Shown here: positions 43,301-52,816 of the stretch, one piece after another | Layout: the number at the start of each line of letters is the position of its first letter | Position numbering within the stretch: position 1 is the first letter of the stretch | Assembly: GCA_016191235.1 (NCBI GenBank) | Contig: JACPOZ010000030.1 | Location: 3,924-67,923 of the forward strand | DNA: 64,000 nucleotides | Direction of reading: 5' to 3' | DNA from: Gammaproteobacteria bacterium | Lineage (GTDB): Bacteria > Pseudomonadota > Gammaproteobacteria > Ga0077554 > Ga007554 | Position numbers and translations under genes: made by a program | Notes under the pieces: model-generated | Seen by the model: only the letters and a program-made list of their open reading frames with translations | Databases searched by the model: none | Told to the model about the DNA's origin: nothing

Positions 43301-43889
43301 ATCCACCGCGACGGGAAACATCGAGCCGGGTTTCCGTGATCTGCTGGACGGACGATATGAGTATGCTCTAACTGTGCCCACCGGCTCCGACCCCGAGATT
43401 CGCGTGGCGGTGATGGATGAGCCCCTCTACGCCGGACCGCTCTCGCGAGTGAGCGAGGGCGCTTCCTATCGCTTTGCCCTCAGCGCCCACCTGGGCTGGG
43501 GTGTGCCTTTGGGCAACTTCAACAATCAATACGATGCGGGAATGCTGGGCGAGCTGGATTTCGAGTATCGGCCTTCGCCACGCTATTCGCTCAACGCCGT
43601 GCTTGGCCGCTACCGCTTCGACCCTGATTTCGACATCACGGGTGGTACACTTTACCTGCGGGGCTATCAACCGCTCACGCCACAGATGGAAGGGTATGTC
43701 GAGGCAGGTTTGGGCGCCTATCGCCCCGAGTCCTTGAGCAGGAGGGGCGGGATAAGTCTCGGTGCCGGCGTGAGCCACGCCCTGGCTCCAAGGCTTCGCG
43801 GTGAGCTCGGCGCCGATTATTTCCATCTGTTTGGCGGAGGTGATATTGATTTCATCGGTGTTAAGGCGGGCCTGCGTTGGTTGTTTTGA
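40329..43889 (+). CDS. Asp-box beta-propeller + vWA + Ig-like + C-terminal outer-membrane beta-barrel protein
   Basis: Five S.DGG..W/F-type Asp boxes, MIDAS DISGS...LFTDG, amphipathic strands ending GLRWLF. Confidence 0.75.
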   Translation: MIKVTVSSRFFIGSKKKNILALLLLAISALCFPILVPAAPPNVNITNHAAWQNEPMVAVNPQDHDRLVVGYNDNRTGNVAVGWSWSDNGGAVWTHGGTIALAGYTRSADPVVAFDSAGTAYLAGLAFNPDNTPGSLGRDGSIFLAKSNDGGHTFTVFQNIVAAGQGTANHLDKPWLFVNPANNHVYLAWTQRANAWGVGGAESMTIWFTRSIDGGVTFSPPLQVSTFNPPTGASRSFGPQIAIGANDRIYVAWHTLENGNPGDANWVAPRLWIAESIDGGVSFGANQQVASQLFGKPNKFISMGADPASGRIYIAYADRPAWPGDYDIYVASAAAAAGPWAVTRISDDPVGSGRAQFWPSLDVAPNGRVDVIWYDNRDDAVTNKLSVYYTASIDGGMTWAVNTRITDVVPGFTPTQDFAGDYHSVASVNDKAYAVWMDNRLGNQEIFGTNISQEAVDAMLVLDISGSMLSPGCPNCAPKLDALKDAVEIFVQLWNSLAVAEPQHRLGVTYFRTNVNEFNIGGEALLPIGPGNNNAQAIIADVDSQTTVPMNLTAMGGGLQSAINRLTGMSPRRIILFTDGMQNVNPMALPQGAALKIDTDPATSNTSNISPTTPPTVLDQQLGRRINTIGVGATPQFVTLLQSIANNTGGRSYTTMAPDANLRRFFVEQLVDALRGASPQLIDYRVHNLTADRVFEVFSVDRSAKKIIFKLSWKRGEPPLAIEQIEKDGVNLIAHARLTSGDFYRIYAFDLPLAVQNARIGPEGDWRLQIYGIKGARYEVAALADEKRLDYAFEIHKGLSKVGEPLRLTARLAVDGRPLSDANLVAAQVFKPGTSVGTALSITPTPAWISAAAPVAAGHQSEPGTSPAQQKLQTLLQQEGFWKRVQPADGALVLASQGNGIYTAIYDDTSIPGAYTVVFRVSGTDEDIGAYTRTETRVATVQFGKANLDASDMRVVSKDVMGYATLIKIQLRPRDARGNYLGPDYGQRIKVSTATGNIEPGFRDLLDGRYEYALTVPTGSDPEIRVAVMDEPLYAGPLSRVSEGASYRFALSAHLGWGVPLGNFNNQYDAGMLGELDFEYRPSPRYSLNAVLGRYRFDPDFDITGGTLYLRGYQPLTPQMEGYVEAGLGAYRPESLSRRGGISLGAGVSHALAPRLRGELGADYFHLFGGGDIDFIGVKAGLRWLF

Positions 43890-43910
43890 CACAACATCAG
43901 GAGAGCGATT

Positions 43911-44681
43911 ATGACATCCATGCGCTATGTGAAAAGCTGGTTATCCTTGATGACTCTGGTGAGCGTAACGCTCGCCCTTGCGGCGTGCGCAACGACATAC
44001 AAGGCTCAGCCGCTGCCGTTTCGTCTGCCTTCCTCCTATCCCAATGCCACCGTGGTGGCGGGGGCGACGCTGGGCGCCGAGGCCTATGTGGACAAGGATC
44101 AGGCGGGGAACGCCTTTGGTTTCGACGTGCGCGGCGCGGGGCTGTTGCCGGTGCAGGTGGTTTTCGATAACAAGGGTACGCACCCGCTGGTGATCAATCC
44201 CGGTCAAACCTTCTTGGTGGACAACGAAGGCAAGCTCTGGCCGGTGTTGGAAGAACGCTTTGCTTACGAGCGTGTCACCAAGTATGCACAGACCAAAAAG
44301 ATCTTCAGCGAGGGGGCTTACAGCGGCTTTCTCGGCGGTGTGGCGGGTGGCTTGATCGGTGCTGCGGTCGGCGTGGTCAGCGGTGAGGATGTGGCCAGCG
44401 CCGCAGGCAAGGGTGCGGCGGCGGGCGCGGCCGCCGGTGCCGTGCTGGGAGGGGCCAGCGGCGCGGCCAGTGCGGGCGAGGCCCGTGACCGGGTGATGGA
44501 CGATTTCAGGGCCAAGTCGTTGCAGAACAAATCAGTGAAGCCGGGTGACATCGCCTACGGTTTCATGTTCTTTCCCGGCGAGGTCATGTCGGCCAAAGTG
44601 TTGCGCCTTCAGCTCATGGAAAAGGATACCAACACCGTTCACACGCTGGAAATACCGCTGTCCGTCGGCAATGCGAAGTAG
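43911..44681 (+). CDS. Glycine-zipper lipoprotein
   Basis: Lipobox LALAAC; GGVAGGLIGAAVG...GAAAGAVLGG. Confidence 0.75.
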   Translation: MTSMRYVKSWLSLMTLVSVTLALAACATTYKAQPLPFRLPSSYPNATVVAGATLGAEAYVDKDQAGNAFGFDVRGAGLLPVQVVFDNKGTHPLVINPGQTFLVDNEGKLWPVLEERFAYERVTKYAQTKKIFSEGAYSGFLGGVAGGLIGAAVGVVSGEDVASAAGKGAAAGAAAGAVLGGASGAASAGEARDRVMDDFRAKSLQNKSVKPGDIAYGFMFFPGEVMSAKVLRLQLMEKDTNTVHTLEIPLSVGNAK

Positions 44682-44714
44682 GGGCGAATTTCAAACTCAC
44701 CTCGTCAAGAAGCG

Positions 44715-44822
44715 ATGGAATGTTTGGAGATTATCACTACACTCGATGTGGATGCCATCGTCAATGCCGCCAACCCAGCAAAAGAAGCAGCAAAAAGCAG
44801 CAAAAGGGTCGCAGCCCTTTAA
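44715..44822 (+). pseudogene. Macro-domain (YmdB-like) N-terminal fragment
   Basis: MECLEIITTLDVDAIVNAANP followed by unrelated sequence and an early stop. Confidence 0.6.
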
Positions 44823-44941
44823 TCTGAACGGCGGTGTGCGCTCTACCCCGAATGCTTCATACATTCGGGGTAGTTTCGCCTAATGAACAGCCTGGTCACA
44901 TGAGGCTAATGATAGAAAAAAGTAAAAAAAGGCTCTGACCC

Positions 44942-46132
44942 GAATGGCACTTACTTAAGCTTCGTAGGGTGTCCATTTTTCCGAATGTTCTCCCTGGCGA
45001 CAGGTCGTGGCTTGGTGAGCAAAGGATAGGGTTTCGGTCGTCGCTTGATGGCGCGAGGTTCAATGCGCCCCAGGCGGTTCCCGACGCGCTGTTGGGCGAT
45101 CAGGGCAAACAGGTCTGCGAGGGTGTCTGCGTTACCGGCGCCCATTCCTCTTTGGTTCCACGCCAACCAGAGCTGAAGGGTGTGCTTGAAACTAAATTCG
45201 CGCGGTAGCCTATCGGTCAACAAAGCGGACTGAGCCATCAGGAGCCGAATCAGGTTATAGGCCAACAGATGCACCCAGATTTCCTTCTCAGCCATCGCTG
45301 GGGTTTTGCAACTCAGCATTTCCATGCCCAGCGTGGTTTTGATGTGGCGCAGATCCAGTTCTATGTGCCATCGGCTTCGATAGAGTATTTTCAGGGCCGC
45401 TTTGGGTGTTTGGTTCGGGTTCAATAGCGTCGTTACCAGGACCTTGCCGCCGGTATACAGCTCCCGTACCGTCAGCGTGTCCGGGGCGTGATCGTAGTCC
45501 GATTGCGCCATCCAGCCGGGCTTGGTCTGCGGCTTGGCGATCGTGATCAGATGATCACGTGATCCCAACCGCCGGCCACGCCGAAAGTCGGTGCGGCGCT
45601 TGCGTGCCCCCAGTTGTTCGAACACCGCATCCACACCGCGTGATTGCAAGTCGGACAGCAGAAAATAGGTCGCGTAATAGGCATCCCCCAGCAGGATGTC
45701 TCCGGCATTCAGAGTGTCGAGCACCGACCGCAGCAAAGATTGTTCATCGCCGCCCTTGCCTTGGTAGCGACCGATCGCCGCGTTGAGTACCGCACCGCTG
45801 CCGAGGCACACGATGCCTACCATGCGGCACAGCGGGAAACCCGCCCCCGGCTTTTGGCTGCGCGATCGACAACGTCTCCGTGGGCGGAAACAGCCTCTCC
45901 AGGTGATCGAGCCATTCGGCGCTGGTGAGAAGGTTGAAGAACGCGTAGGAATCGGTGTTGGCGGCGTGATGCCGAATACGGCGCTGTTGATGTGCGCGAG
46001 CGCTGGGAGTACGATGCATAAAGACTGGCTCCTTGTGATATCGGTGGTAGTTTGGCAACACCAACCTTATCACTTAAGCCAGCCTTTTTGTATATTAAAA
46101 TCAATGTGTTATTCGTTAAGTAAGCGCCATTC
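44942..46132 (-). mobile_element. IS4-family element with internally deleted transposase
   Basis: TIR GAATGGC(A/G)CTTACTTAA at both ends. Transposase motifs LGDAYY and YRSRWHIELDLR (44951-45823) with an out-of-frame N-terminal piece up to ~46019. 11-bp flanks GGCTCTGACCC / GGGTCAGACCC. Confidence 0.88.
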
Positions 46133-46220
46133 GGGTCAGACCCCTTTATACCCTCAACTGGCTGTTCTGCTGGGCCGAGCTTGGTGCAAAAGTAACCGGT
46201 CAAACCAAGCAAGATATAAA

Positions 46221-46369
46221 TCAGGCGCCAACCACCATCACCCCATCCATCTCCACCGCCGCGCCCCTAGGCAAAGCCGCCACGCCGATGGCAGCACGGG
46301 CGGGATAGGGTTCCTGGAAATAGCCCGCCATCACCTGATTGACCACCGGGAAGTGGGCAAGATCAGTAA
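46221..46369 (-). pseudogene. RidA family C-terminal fragment
   Basis: [42 protein letters not shown]...stop; N-terminal half absent. Confidence 0.8.
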
Positions 46370-46496
46370 GGTTCCTTGAAAAATTAAGACCTGTTTCCCC
46401 GTGATCACCGTGAAAGTGACAATGATGGAATAATGTTTGGTGTTTGAAGCGATTTATTTGCGTAATGCCGCAAGATGCAAGTATCTTCGCTCCACT

Positions 46497-47468
46497 TTAT
46501 AACCGCCACCCCCAAAACTCAAGAAACCGCGCAAATTCCCACATATCCGAAGCCGTGCGGTTCCACGGTTTCAGGCTGGTGTAAAATACTGTGCCGGTCT
46601 CGCGGCTATCGCCAAGCTCTTTATCCGATCCAATGTGCGGGTCCAGCGCCCACCAACTCATCAGCAGGACTTCAAACGGCTTGATGGCCCCTTTGACGTA
46701 ACCTTTGCGGAAGCCTTGCGTTTCATAAAACGATGTCATGGTGTGGCTATCCAGCGGCAGCTTTTTCAGTACTGCCATTGGCTCGATGGGGGTTGGAATG
46801 ATGTTGTAGGTGTTGTCCTGCGCCCCGATCTTCACATCCATCACGCGGTGCGTGGCGTCCCTCAGGAGCACCACAGGCCGCTGGTCCGCGCCGGAAGATG
46901 CCGGGTAATCGAGCCTTGCGGGCAGTGTTTCACCATAGATAGACTGGGGTTGTGCAAAATCCCATCCCTGGGGATAAGCATCATCTGGTAAATAACGCGT
47001 GGGGATGACGGCGAGATAGCAGCCACAGGTATGGACGGTTGTTACCAGCACTGGCTCTTCTTTTTGATTAAGGGTGATGATGACAAACAACCCGGAATTT
47101 TTTCCGGCGGTCAGGTGAAAATACGGCACACCCTGAAAATGCACACGGTAAATCAGGTTGGTGTAGTTGCCTTTGCTGGTCTGGAACGTCTGCTGCTGGG
47201 CATACATCACCGGCACCGCAGGGTCGACATAGATCTGTTCGCGGCCCTGCGCGTCATAGCGGCCGGAGGGACGGCCGATCTTGTTGTAGGTTTTGTAATG
47301 ATGCTGCGGCACAAAGACCGGGGCATGGCGCGCGAACAGGCCACCGTCGTCTTTCGCCACATAGGCCACTGGCGGTTGCCCGGTGAGGGGGCGGGTGCTT
47401 GCGCAGGAGGCGAGCAGCATGGCCAAGGCCAGTGCGCCGAGAATCCTGACTAATGTGTGCCTTGGCAT
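46497..47468 (-). CDS. Hypothetical lipoprotein
   Basis: Lipobox LLASC; conserved-looking VHTCGCY motif. Confidence 0.7.
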   Translation of the reverse strand: MPRHTLVRILGALALAMLLASCASTRPLTGQPPVAYVAKDDGGLFARHAPVFVPQHHYKTYNKIGRPSGRYDAQGREQIYVDPAVPVMYAQQQTFQTSKGNYTNLIYRVHFQGVPYFHLTAGKNSGLFVIITLNQKEEPVLVTTVHTCGCYLAVIPTRYLPDDAYPQGWDFAQPQSIYGETLPARLDYPASSGADQRPVVLLRDATHRVMDVKIGAQDNTYNIIPTPIEPMAVLKKLPLDSHTMTSFYETQGFRKGYVKGAIKPFEVLLMSWWALDPHIGSDKELGDSRETGTVFYTSLKPWNRTASDMWEFARFLEFWGWRL

Positions 47469-47960
47469 GTTCTCACCTCATCGAATTAAGAGTCGATGTT
47501 ACGCACCGTCCACGAAAAACACAAAAGGCACATAAAATCTTCATAGCACAACCCGCTCGACTGTTGCTTTCGGATAGCAGCCTCAAGAAAACCACAACAA
47601 GCATGGCGTGCGCTATGCGCACGAATTACCGAAAAGACAACACAGTATGCGTCATTGGGCAATCCGCCATACAGGAAAGAGCGCAAGTAAAGTTCTGCAA
47701 GTGCCGTGGGCGTATGGATGCGGATGAGCGGTCACACATACCTCCCTTCTATATTTTTTCATTACAGCCACCATTTTTCGTGCGCACAGCGCACGCTACA
47801 CTTGCTGCTCCAAGAGCTGTTTTCGGCCGCTGCTCCCGGCGCGGCTCTACCTCCTCTTGCTAACCGTCCAAAAAAGCGGTCAACTGCCGTTTTTAAGATA
47901 ATATGCCTGCCACGCAAAATTCCCCTGTCAATCGAAATCCTGCGTGATCATCACGTGAAT

Positions 47961-50498
47961 TTACGAAACATTCGGTCTAGGTTTCCGGCGTGCCGTAGGT
48001 TCGGCATTCCATGGGTCATCCGGCCAGGGGTGTTTGGGATAGCGGCCTTTGAGTTCTTTTTTGACTTCGGCGTAGGTGCGTTCCCAGAAGCCGCGCAGGT
48101 CTTGTGTTACCTGGATGGGACGTTGTGCCGGGGAGAGCAGGTGCAGGGTTACCGGCACCCGTCCCCAAGCCACGCGCGGCGTGTCGGCGAGGCCGAACAT
48201 TTCTTGCAGCTTCACCGCCAGCACCGGCGATTCGCCGGGGGTATATTGCAGACGCAGCCGTGATCCGCTGGGCACGGTGAGGTGGGTGGGCGCGCCTTCG
48301 TCGAGGCGGGTGCGCTGCGTCCAGTCCAGCGTGTTTTGCAGTATTGCCAGCAGGTCGATGCGGGTCAGATGATCGCGGCGGGTGATGCCGTCGAGGTATG
48401 GCTCCAGCCAGTCTTCCAGTGTTGTTTCCAGATGTGCGTCGCTCACATCCGGCCAGCCCTCCTCTGGGCACCAGTGACGCAACGATAGCACGCGCGCTTG
48501 CCATTCCCTGGCCTCGTGTGTCCAGGGCAATGCCTCCAGCCCGAGACGGCGCACGCCTTCAAGCATGGCCTTGCGTAACGCATCTGGGCTAGCTTTTGTC
48601 AGCGGTTGGCTGGCGAGCACGAGTTCTCCAAGCCGTTCTTCGCGCCGCGAGATGATGGCCCGCTGCTGGCTGTCCCAGCGCACCACGTCCTGCGTTTGTA
48701 TTCGTCCCGCGAGATGTTTGCGCAAAGCCTGCACGGTGACTGGCGCGGCGAGGTAGATTATGGCTTCGGTTTTTCCCGCATCCATCTGCGCGGCCACCAG
48801 GTAGGTGTGCTTGATCAGATGATCCTCACACGCCAGGCGCGCGCCACGGCCATTGGCGAGCAGGTAGCGTCCGGTGTTGGCTTCGCGCTGTGCGGCGATG
48901 CGGTCTGGATAGGCGAGGGCTAATAGCAGGCCAACCTCTTCGTCGCTGGCGCTCGCTGCAGGTTGTTTGATATTTAGCAGTCGCCGCCACTGGCTGGCCG
49001 CTTGTTCGATGCGTTCACAGGCGTAAGGGTCGGCCTCATAGGATTGCGCACCGGCCCTGCCGCGCTTGCGGAATGCCATTATCGCCTCGACGCGCTCCAG
49101 CAGGTCGCAGGTGCGTTTACGACTCTGGTTGTCGCTGGTGAGAATGTCGCGTTCGGCAAGCAGCGCCGAGATATCGCAGGCCAGCACGCCCAATCCCAGC
49201 TTGTTGCCCTCCAGCAGCAGGTGCGCGAGGCGTGGGTGCGCGGGCAACGCAGCCATTGCCTGGCCGGCGGGGGTGATCAATCCCTTGTCGTCCAGTGCGC
49301 CCAGTTCGATGAGCAATTGCCGCGCCTGGGCCAGCGCGCCGGGCGGGGGTGGGTCCAGCCACGCCAGATCCACCGCATTACGCACCCCCCATTGAGCCAG
49401 GTCCAGTGCCAGCGGGGCGAGGTCGGCGGCGAGTATCTCCGGTATGGTCTGGGCTTGCAGGCCGCGCTGGGTGGATTCGCTCCATAGCCGGTAGCAATGC
49501 CCCGGCCTGAGACGTCCGGCGCGTCCGGCGCGCTGTTCAGCGGACGCACGCGACACGCGCACCGTGTCGAGCCTCGTTAGACCGCTGTTCGGGTCAAAAC
49601 GCGGTACGCGCGCGAAACCGCTATCCACTACGCTGACGATACCCTCGATAGTCAGGCTGGTTTCGGCGATGGAGGTGGCCAGCACCACTTTGCGCCGCCC
49701 ACTGGAATCAGGCCGGATCGCCCGGTCCTGCGCCTCTTTTGGCAGGTCGCCATAGAGGGGATGGATGCGGACCTCTGCGCAGGCGGGATCGGCCTCCAAT
49801 AAGCGCTGTGTGCGCTGGATCTCGCCACCGCCGGGAAGAAAGGCCAGCACGTCGCCTTGTTGTTCGTTTAAGGCACGGCGCACCGCAGCGGCCACGGTCT
49901 CGGGCGTTCTGCTTTCTGGATCGCGCGGCAGGTAGCTGACAGCCACCGGAAAGCTGCGCCCCATGCTGGTGATAATTGGCGCATTATCGAGCAGTCTGGC
50001 GACGCCTTCGGTATCCAGCGTGGCCGACATCACCAGCACCTTCAAATCGTCGCGCAGGCCGCGCTGGCTGTCGATGCACAGTGCCAGCGCGAGATCGGCG
50101 TTGAGATTGCGCTCGTGAAACTCATCGAAGATCACCAGCCCTACCCCCTCCAGCCCCGGATCGCTTTGCAGGCGGCGGGTGAGGATACCCTCGGTTAGCA
50201 CCTCGATGCGCGTCTGGCGCGAAATCTGGCTGTCGAAACGGATGCGGTAACCGACTGTCTGTCCCACCTTCTCGCCCAACAGATCCGCCATGCGCGCCGC
50301 CGCCGCCCGCGCCGCAAGACGACGTGGCTCCAGCATCACGATCGAACGGCCTTGCAGCCAGGGTTCATCCAGGAGCGCCAACGGTACCAGCGTGGTTTTG
50401 CCCGCACCGGGCGGGGCTTGCAGCACGACTGCGGGATGGGCGGCGAGCGCCGTGCACAGCTCGGGAAGGGTTGCTTCGATAGGCAAGGAGGCGGGCAT
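47961..50498 (-). CDS. hrpB: ATP-dependent RNA helicase HrpB
   Basis: APPGAGKTT, DEFHER, MSAT, QRAGRAGR, GRYPKHPWP. Confidence 0.96.
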   Translation of the reverse strand: MPASLPIEATLPELCTALAAHPAVVLQAPPGAGKTTLVPLALLDEPWLQGRSIVMLEPRRLAARAAAARMADLLGEKVGQTVGYRIRFDSQISRQTRIEVLTEGILTRRLQSDPGLEGVGLVIFDEFHERNLNADLALALCIDSQRGLRDDLKVLVMSATLDTEGVARLLDNAPIITSMGRSFPVAVSYLPRDPESRTPETVAAAVRRALNEQQGDVLAFLPGGGEIQRTQRLLEADPACAEVRIHPLYGDLPKEAQDRAIRPDSSGRRKVVLATSIAETSLTIEGIVSVVDSGFARVPRFDPNSGLTRLDTVRVSRASAEQRAGRAGRLRPGHCYRLWSESTQRGLQAQTIPEILAADLAPLALDLAQWGVRNAVDLAWLDPPPPGALAQARQLLIELGALDDKGLITPAGQAMAALPAHPRLAHLLLEGNKLGLGVLACDISALLAERDILTSDNQSRKRTCDLLERVEAIMAFRKRGRAGAQSYEADPYACERIEQAASQWRRLLNIKQPAASASDEEVGLLLALAYPDRIAAQREANTGRYLLANGRGARLACEDHLIKHTYLVAAQMDAGKTEAIIYLAAPVTVQALRKHLAGRIQTQDVVRWDSQQRAIISRREERLGELVLASQPLTKASPDALRKAMLEGVRRLGLEALPWTHEAREWQARVLSLRHWCPEEGWPDVSDAHLETTLEDWLEPYLDGITRRDHLTRIDLLAILQNTLDWTQRTRLDEGAPTHLTVPSGSRLRLQYTPGESPVLAVKLQEMFGLADTPRVAWGRVPVTLHLLSPAQRPIQVTQDLRGFWERTYAEVKKELKGRYPKHPWPDDPWNAEPTARRKPRPNVS

Positions 50499-50701
50499 GT
50501 GTGTTTTTTTGGCAATGAAAAACTTTAGAGCCTGTCTGTGAATAAATCATCCCTGCGCGCTTCATTATCGGGATAGGGAGATCGAATATTTTCTCAGCCC
50601 GCTGTTGCAGTATGGACAGGGAACGGCATAGGCCATGCCGTGGGAAATGTACAGGGTGCGCCGCGCACACCACCAGCACGGCTTATAGCGGCGGCGCCTT
50701 T

Positions 50702-52669
50702 CTAATTAAGGATCAACGTCAGCTTCTGTCCCGGTTTCAGGCTCTTGATCTTGGCGGGGGTGTTCCACTTGCGTAGCTCGGAGAGAGTGACATCAAAACG
50801 GTCGGCGATGTGGGTTAGCGTGTCGCCAGGACGTATCTTGTAGCTGATGCGGCGCAGGGTGATGTCTGCTTTGGCTAAACGCGATGAGGCGCGGCTGAGG
50901 GTCAGGCGCTGCGTGGTGCCTGTTGCGGAGCGTATCACCAGACGTTGTCCGGCGCTCAGTCTCGACTTGGGGGCCAGGTCGTTCCAGGTAGCCAGATCTC
51001 GGGGGGTTACGCCAAACTTGCGTGCGACCTTCCACAAGGTGTCGCCACGGCCCACGGTGTGAGATGCGGTTTTTCCCGTGGCCTTTGGCTCATCCGTTCT
51101 GGATGTATTCTGAGAGACCTGTAGAGCCGGCGCTGAATTTTGAGCAATGCGCAATGCGTAGTTGCCCAGATCGCTGGTTGCCACCGGCACGAGCAGGTCG
51201 GTGCTGGCGCGTGCGATATCGCTGGTCAGTTTATTGATCTGGCGCAACAGCGTGGTGGTAGTGCCATAGAGGCTCGCGATATAGCTAAGAGACTGTTTTT
51301 TCTTGACATGATGGCGTGTCCAGGTGACACGCTTCTCGGTCGGGAGGGAGGCGAGTCTGGTCTTGAAGCTTTCCACCTTTTCGATGGGCAGCAGCAGGTG
51401 ATGAGGTCCGTCGGGGTCGGTTACCCAGCGGTTAAAGCCTGGGTTAAGCCGGTGGACTTCTTCCAGTGGGACATCAGCCAATTCTGCCGCCAATGCCAGA
51501 TCAATCTGGGTGTCTGTGGTGATCGTGGTCAGATACGGCTGGTTCGGCACGGGTTTGAGCGTGACGCCGAATTTTTCCGGCGCGGCGACAACGTCAGTGA
51601 TCGCCAGCAGCCAAGGCACGTAACCCTGGGTTTCTACCGGAAGCTGGAGCGACCAGAAATCGGTGGGTTTGCCCGCAGCGGCGTTTTTGTTGACGGCGCG
51701 CATCACGGCGCCTTCGCCTGCGTTGTAGGCGGCCAACGCCAGTAGCCAGTCACCCTGGAAATCGGCGTTAAGTTTCTGCAAATAGTCGAGCGCGGCGCGG
51801 GTTGAGGCGTGGATGTCGCGGCGGCCGTCATACCACCAGTTCAATTTCAGGCCATAGTTTTTGGCCGTGGACGGGATAAACTGCCATATTCCTGCGGCCT
51901 TGGCGTGGGAGTTGGCAAGTGGCTGATAGGCGCTTTCCACGATGGGCAGCAGTGCGAGTTCCGAAGGCATGCCGCGCCGCTCAATTTCCTCCACGATATA
52001 GTGCAGATAAGGCGTGGCGCGTTCGATGGTCCTGTCCAGGTAAACCTGACGAGCGGCATACCAGTTTTTGCTGGACTGTACGCGAGGATGATCGCGGTCA
52101 GGCAGGCTGAAGCGGGTACGGATGCGATTCCACATGTCCTGGTTGTTCGGGGTGTCGTCTATGCCGACGGGACTTGCCATGCTGGCGCGCGAATCGGTTG
52201 ATGCCGCTGTTGCTGGAGCGAGTGCATCCGTGGCCGGTTTTTTCCTGGGTACGGCTATGGGTCCAGCGGAAGGACGTTTGGCCGGTTCAGGGCTGGACTT
52301 TTGATTGACTAATAGGGTGCTGTCCGAGAGCGCAACATTGGTGATGCTTACCGGAGCGGGTTCAGGGTCGGGTTGTGCGGCAAGGGTAACAACGCTCTCC
52401 CAGAGGTCTGGCAGCGCTGAACCGGGAATGCCAAGGGATGATGATACGTCACCTGGCGCCGCCGGGCGTTGTGCCAAAGCGGATTCGAGCGCGGTGGCGG
52501 GCGTCAGGGCCGACTCTTGGTGCGGCTGGGCTTGTGTGCGGTCAGCCGGGTGTGTGGTTGCGCTGGACACCTTGCTTTGCTGCATGGCGCAACCGCCAAG
52601 GTAGAGCATGATTGTGCTAGACAAACACAAGTTCAGCAAACGTCGTGCCTGGTTTTTGTCTATGACCAT
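50702..52669 (-). CDS. mltD: Membrane-bound lytic transglycosylase D with LysM repeats
   Basis: LPIVESAY, AAGIWQF, AAYNAGEG, three LysM-like repeats; next to gloB. Confidence 0.9.
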   Translation of the reverse strand: MVIDKNQARRLLNLCLSSTIMLYLGGCAMQQSKVSSATTHPADRTQAQPHQESALTPATALESALAQRPAAPGDVSSSLGIPGSALPDLWESVVTLAAQPDPEPAPVSITNVALSDSTLLVNQKSSPEPAKRPSAGPIAVPRKKPATDALAPATAASTDSRASMASPVGIDDTPNNQDMWNRIRTRFSLPDRDHPRVQSSKNWYAARQVYLDRTIERATPYLHYIVEEIERRGMPSELALLPIVESAYQPLANSHAKAAGIWQFIPSTAKNYGLKLNWWYDGRRDIHASTRAALDYLQKLNADFQGDWLLALAAYNAGEGAVMRAVNKNAAAGKPTDFWSLQLPVETQGYVPWLLAITDVVAAPEKFGVTLKPVPNQPYLTTITTDTQIDLALAAELADVPLEEVHRLNPGFNRWVTDPDGPHHLLLPIEKVESFKTRLASLPTEKRVTWTRHHVKKKQSLSYIASLYGTTTTLLRQINKLTSDIARASTDLLVPVATSDLGNYALRIAQNSAPALQVSQNTSRTDEPKATGKTASHTVGRGDTLWKVARKFGVTPRDLATWNDLAPKSRLSAGQRLVIRSATGTTQRLTLSRASSRLAKADITLRRISYKIRPGDTLTHIADRFDVTLSELRKWNTPAKIKSLKPGQKLTLILN

Positions 52670-52816
52670 GATTCCTCCAGTCCGGTTATAAGCCGGAATT
52701 ATACCTTATGATGACATTTTTAAGAAACCCTAAACGTCATAAGGCATTAAAGTTGATGCTGCCGAAAAATAACCATATGAAATACATGAAAATAATGCGT
52801 TGGCAAAGGTTGCGGA

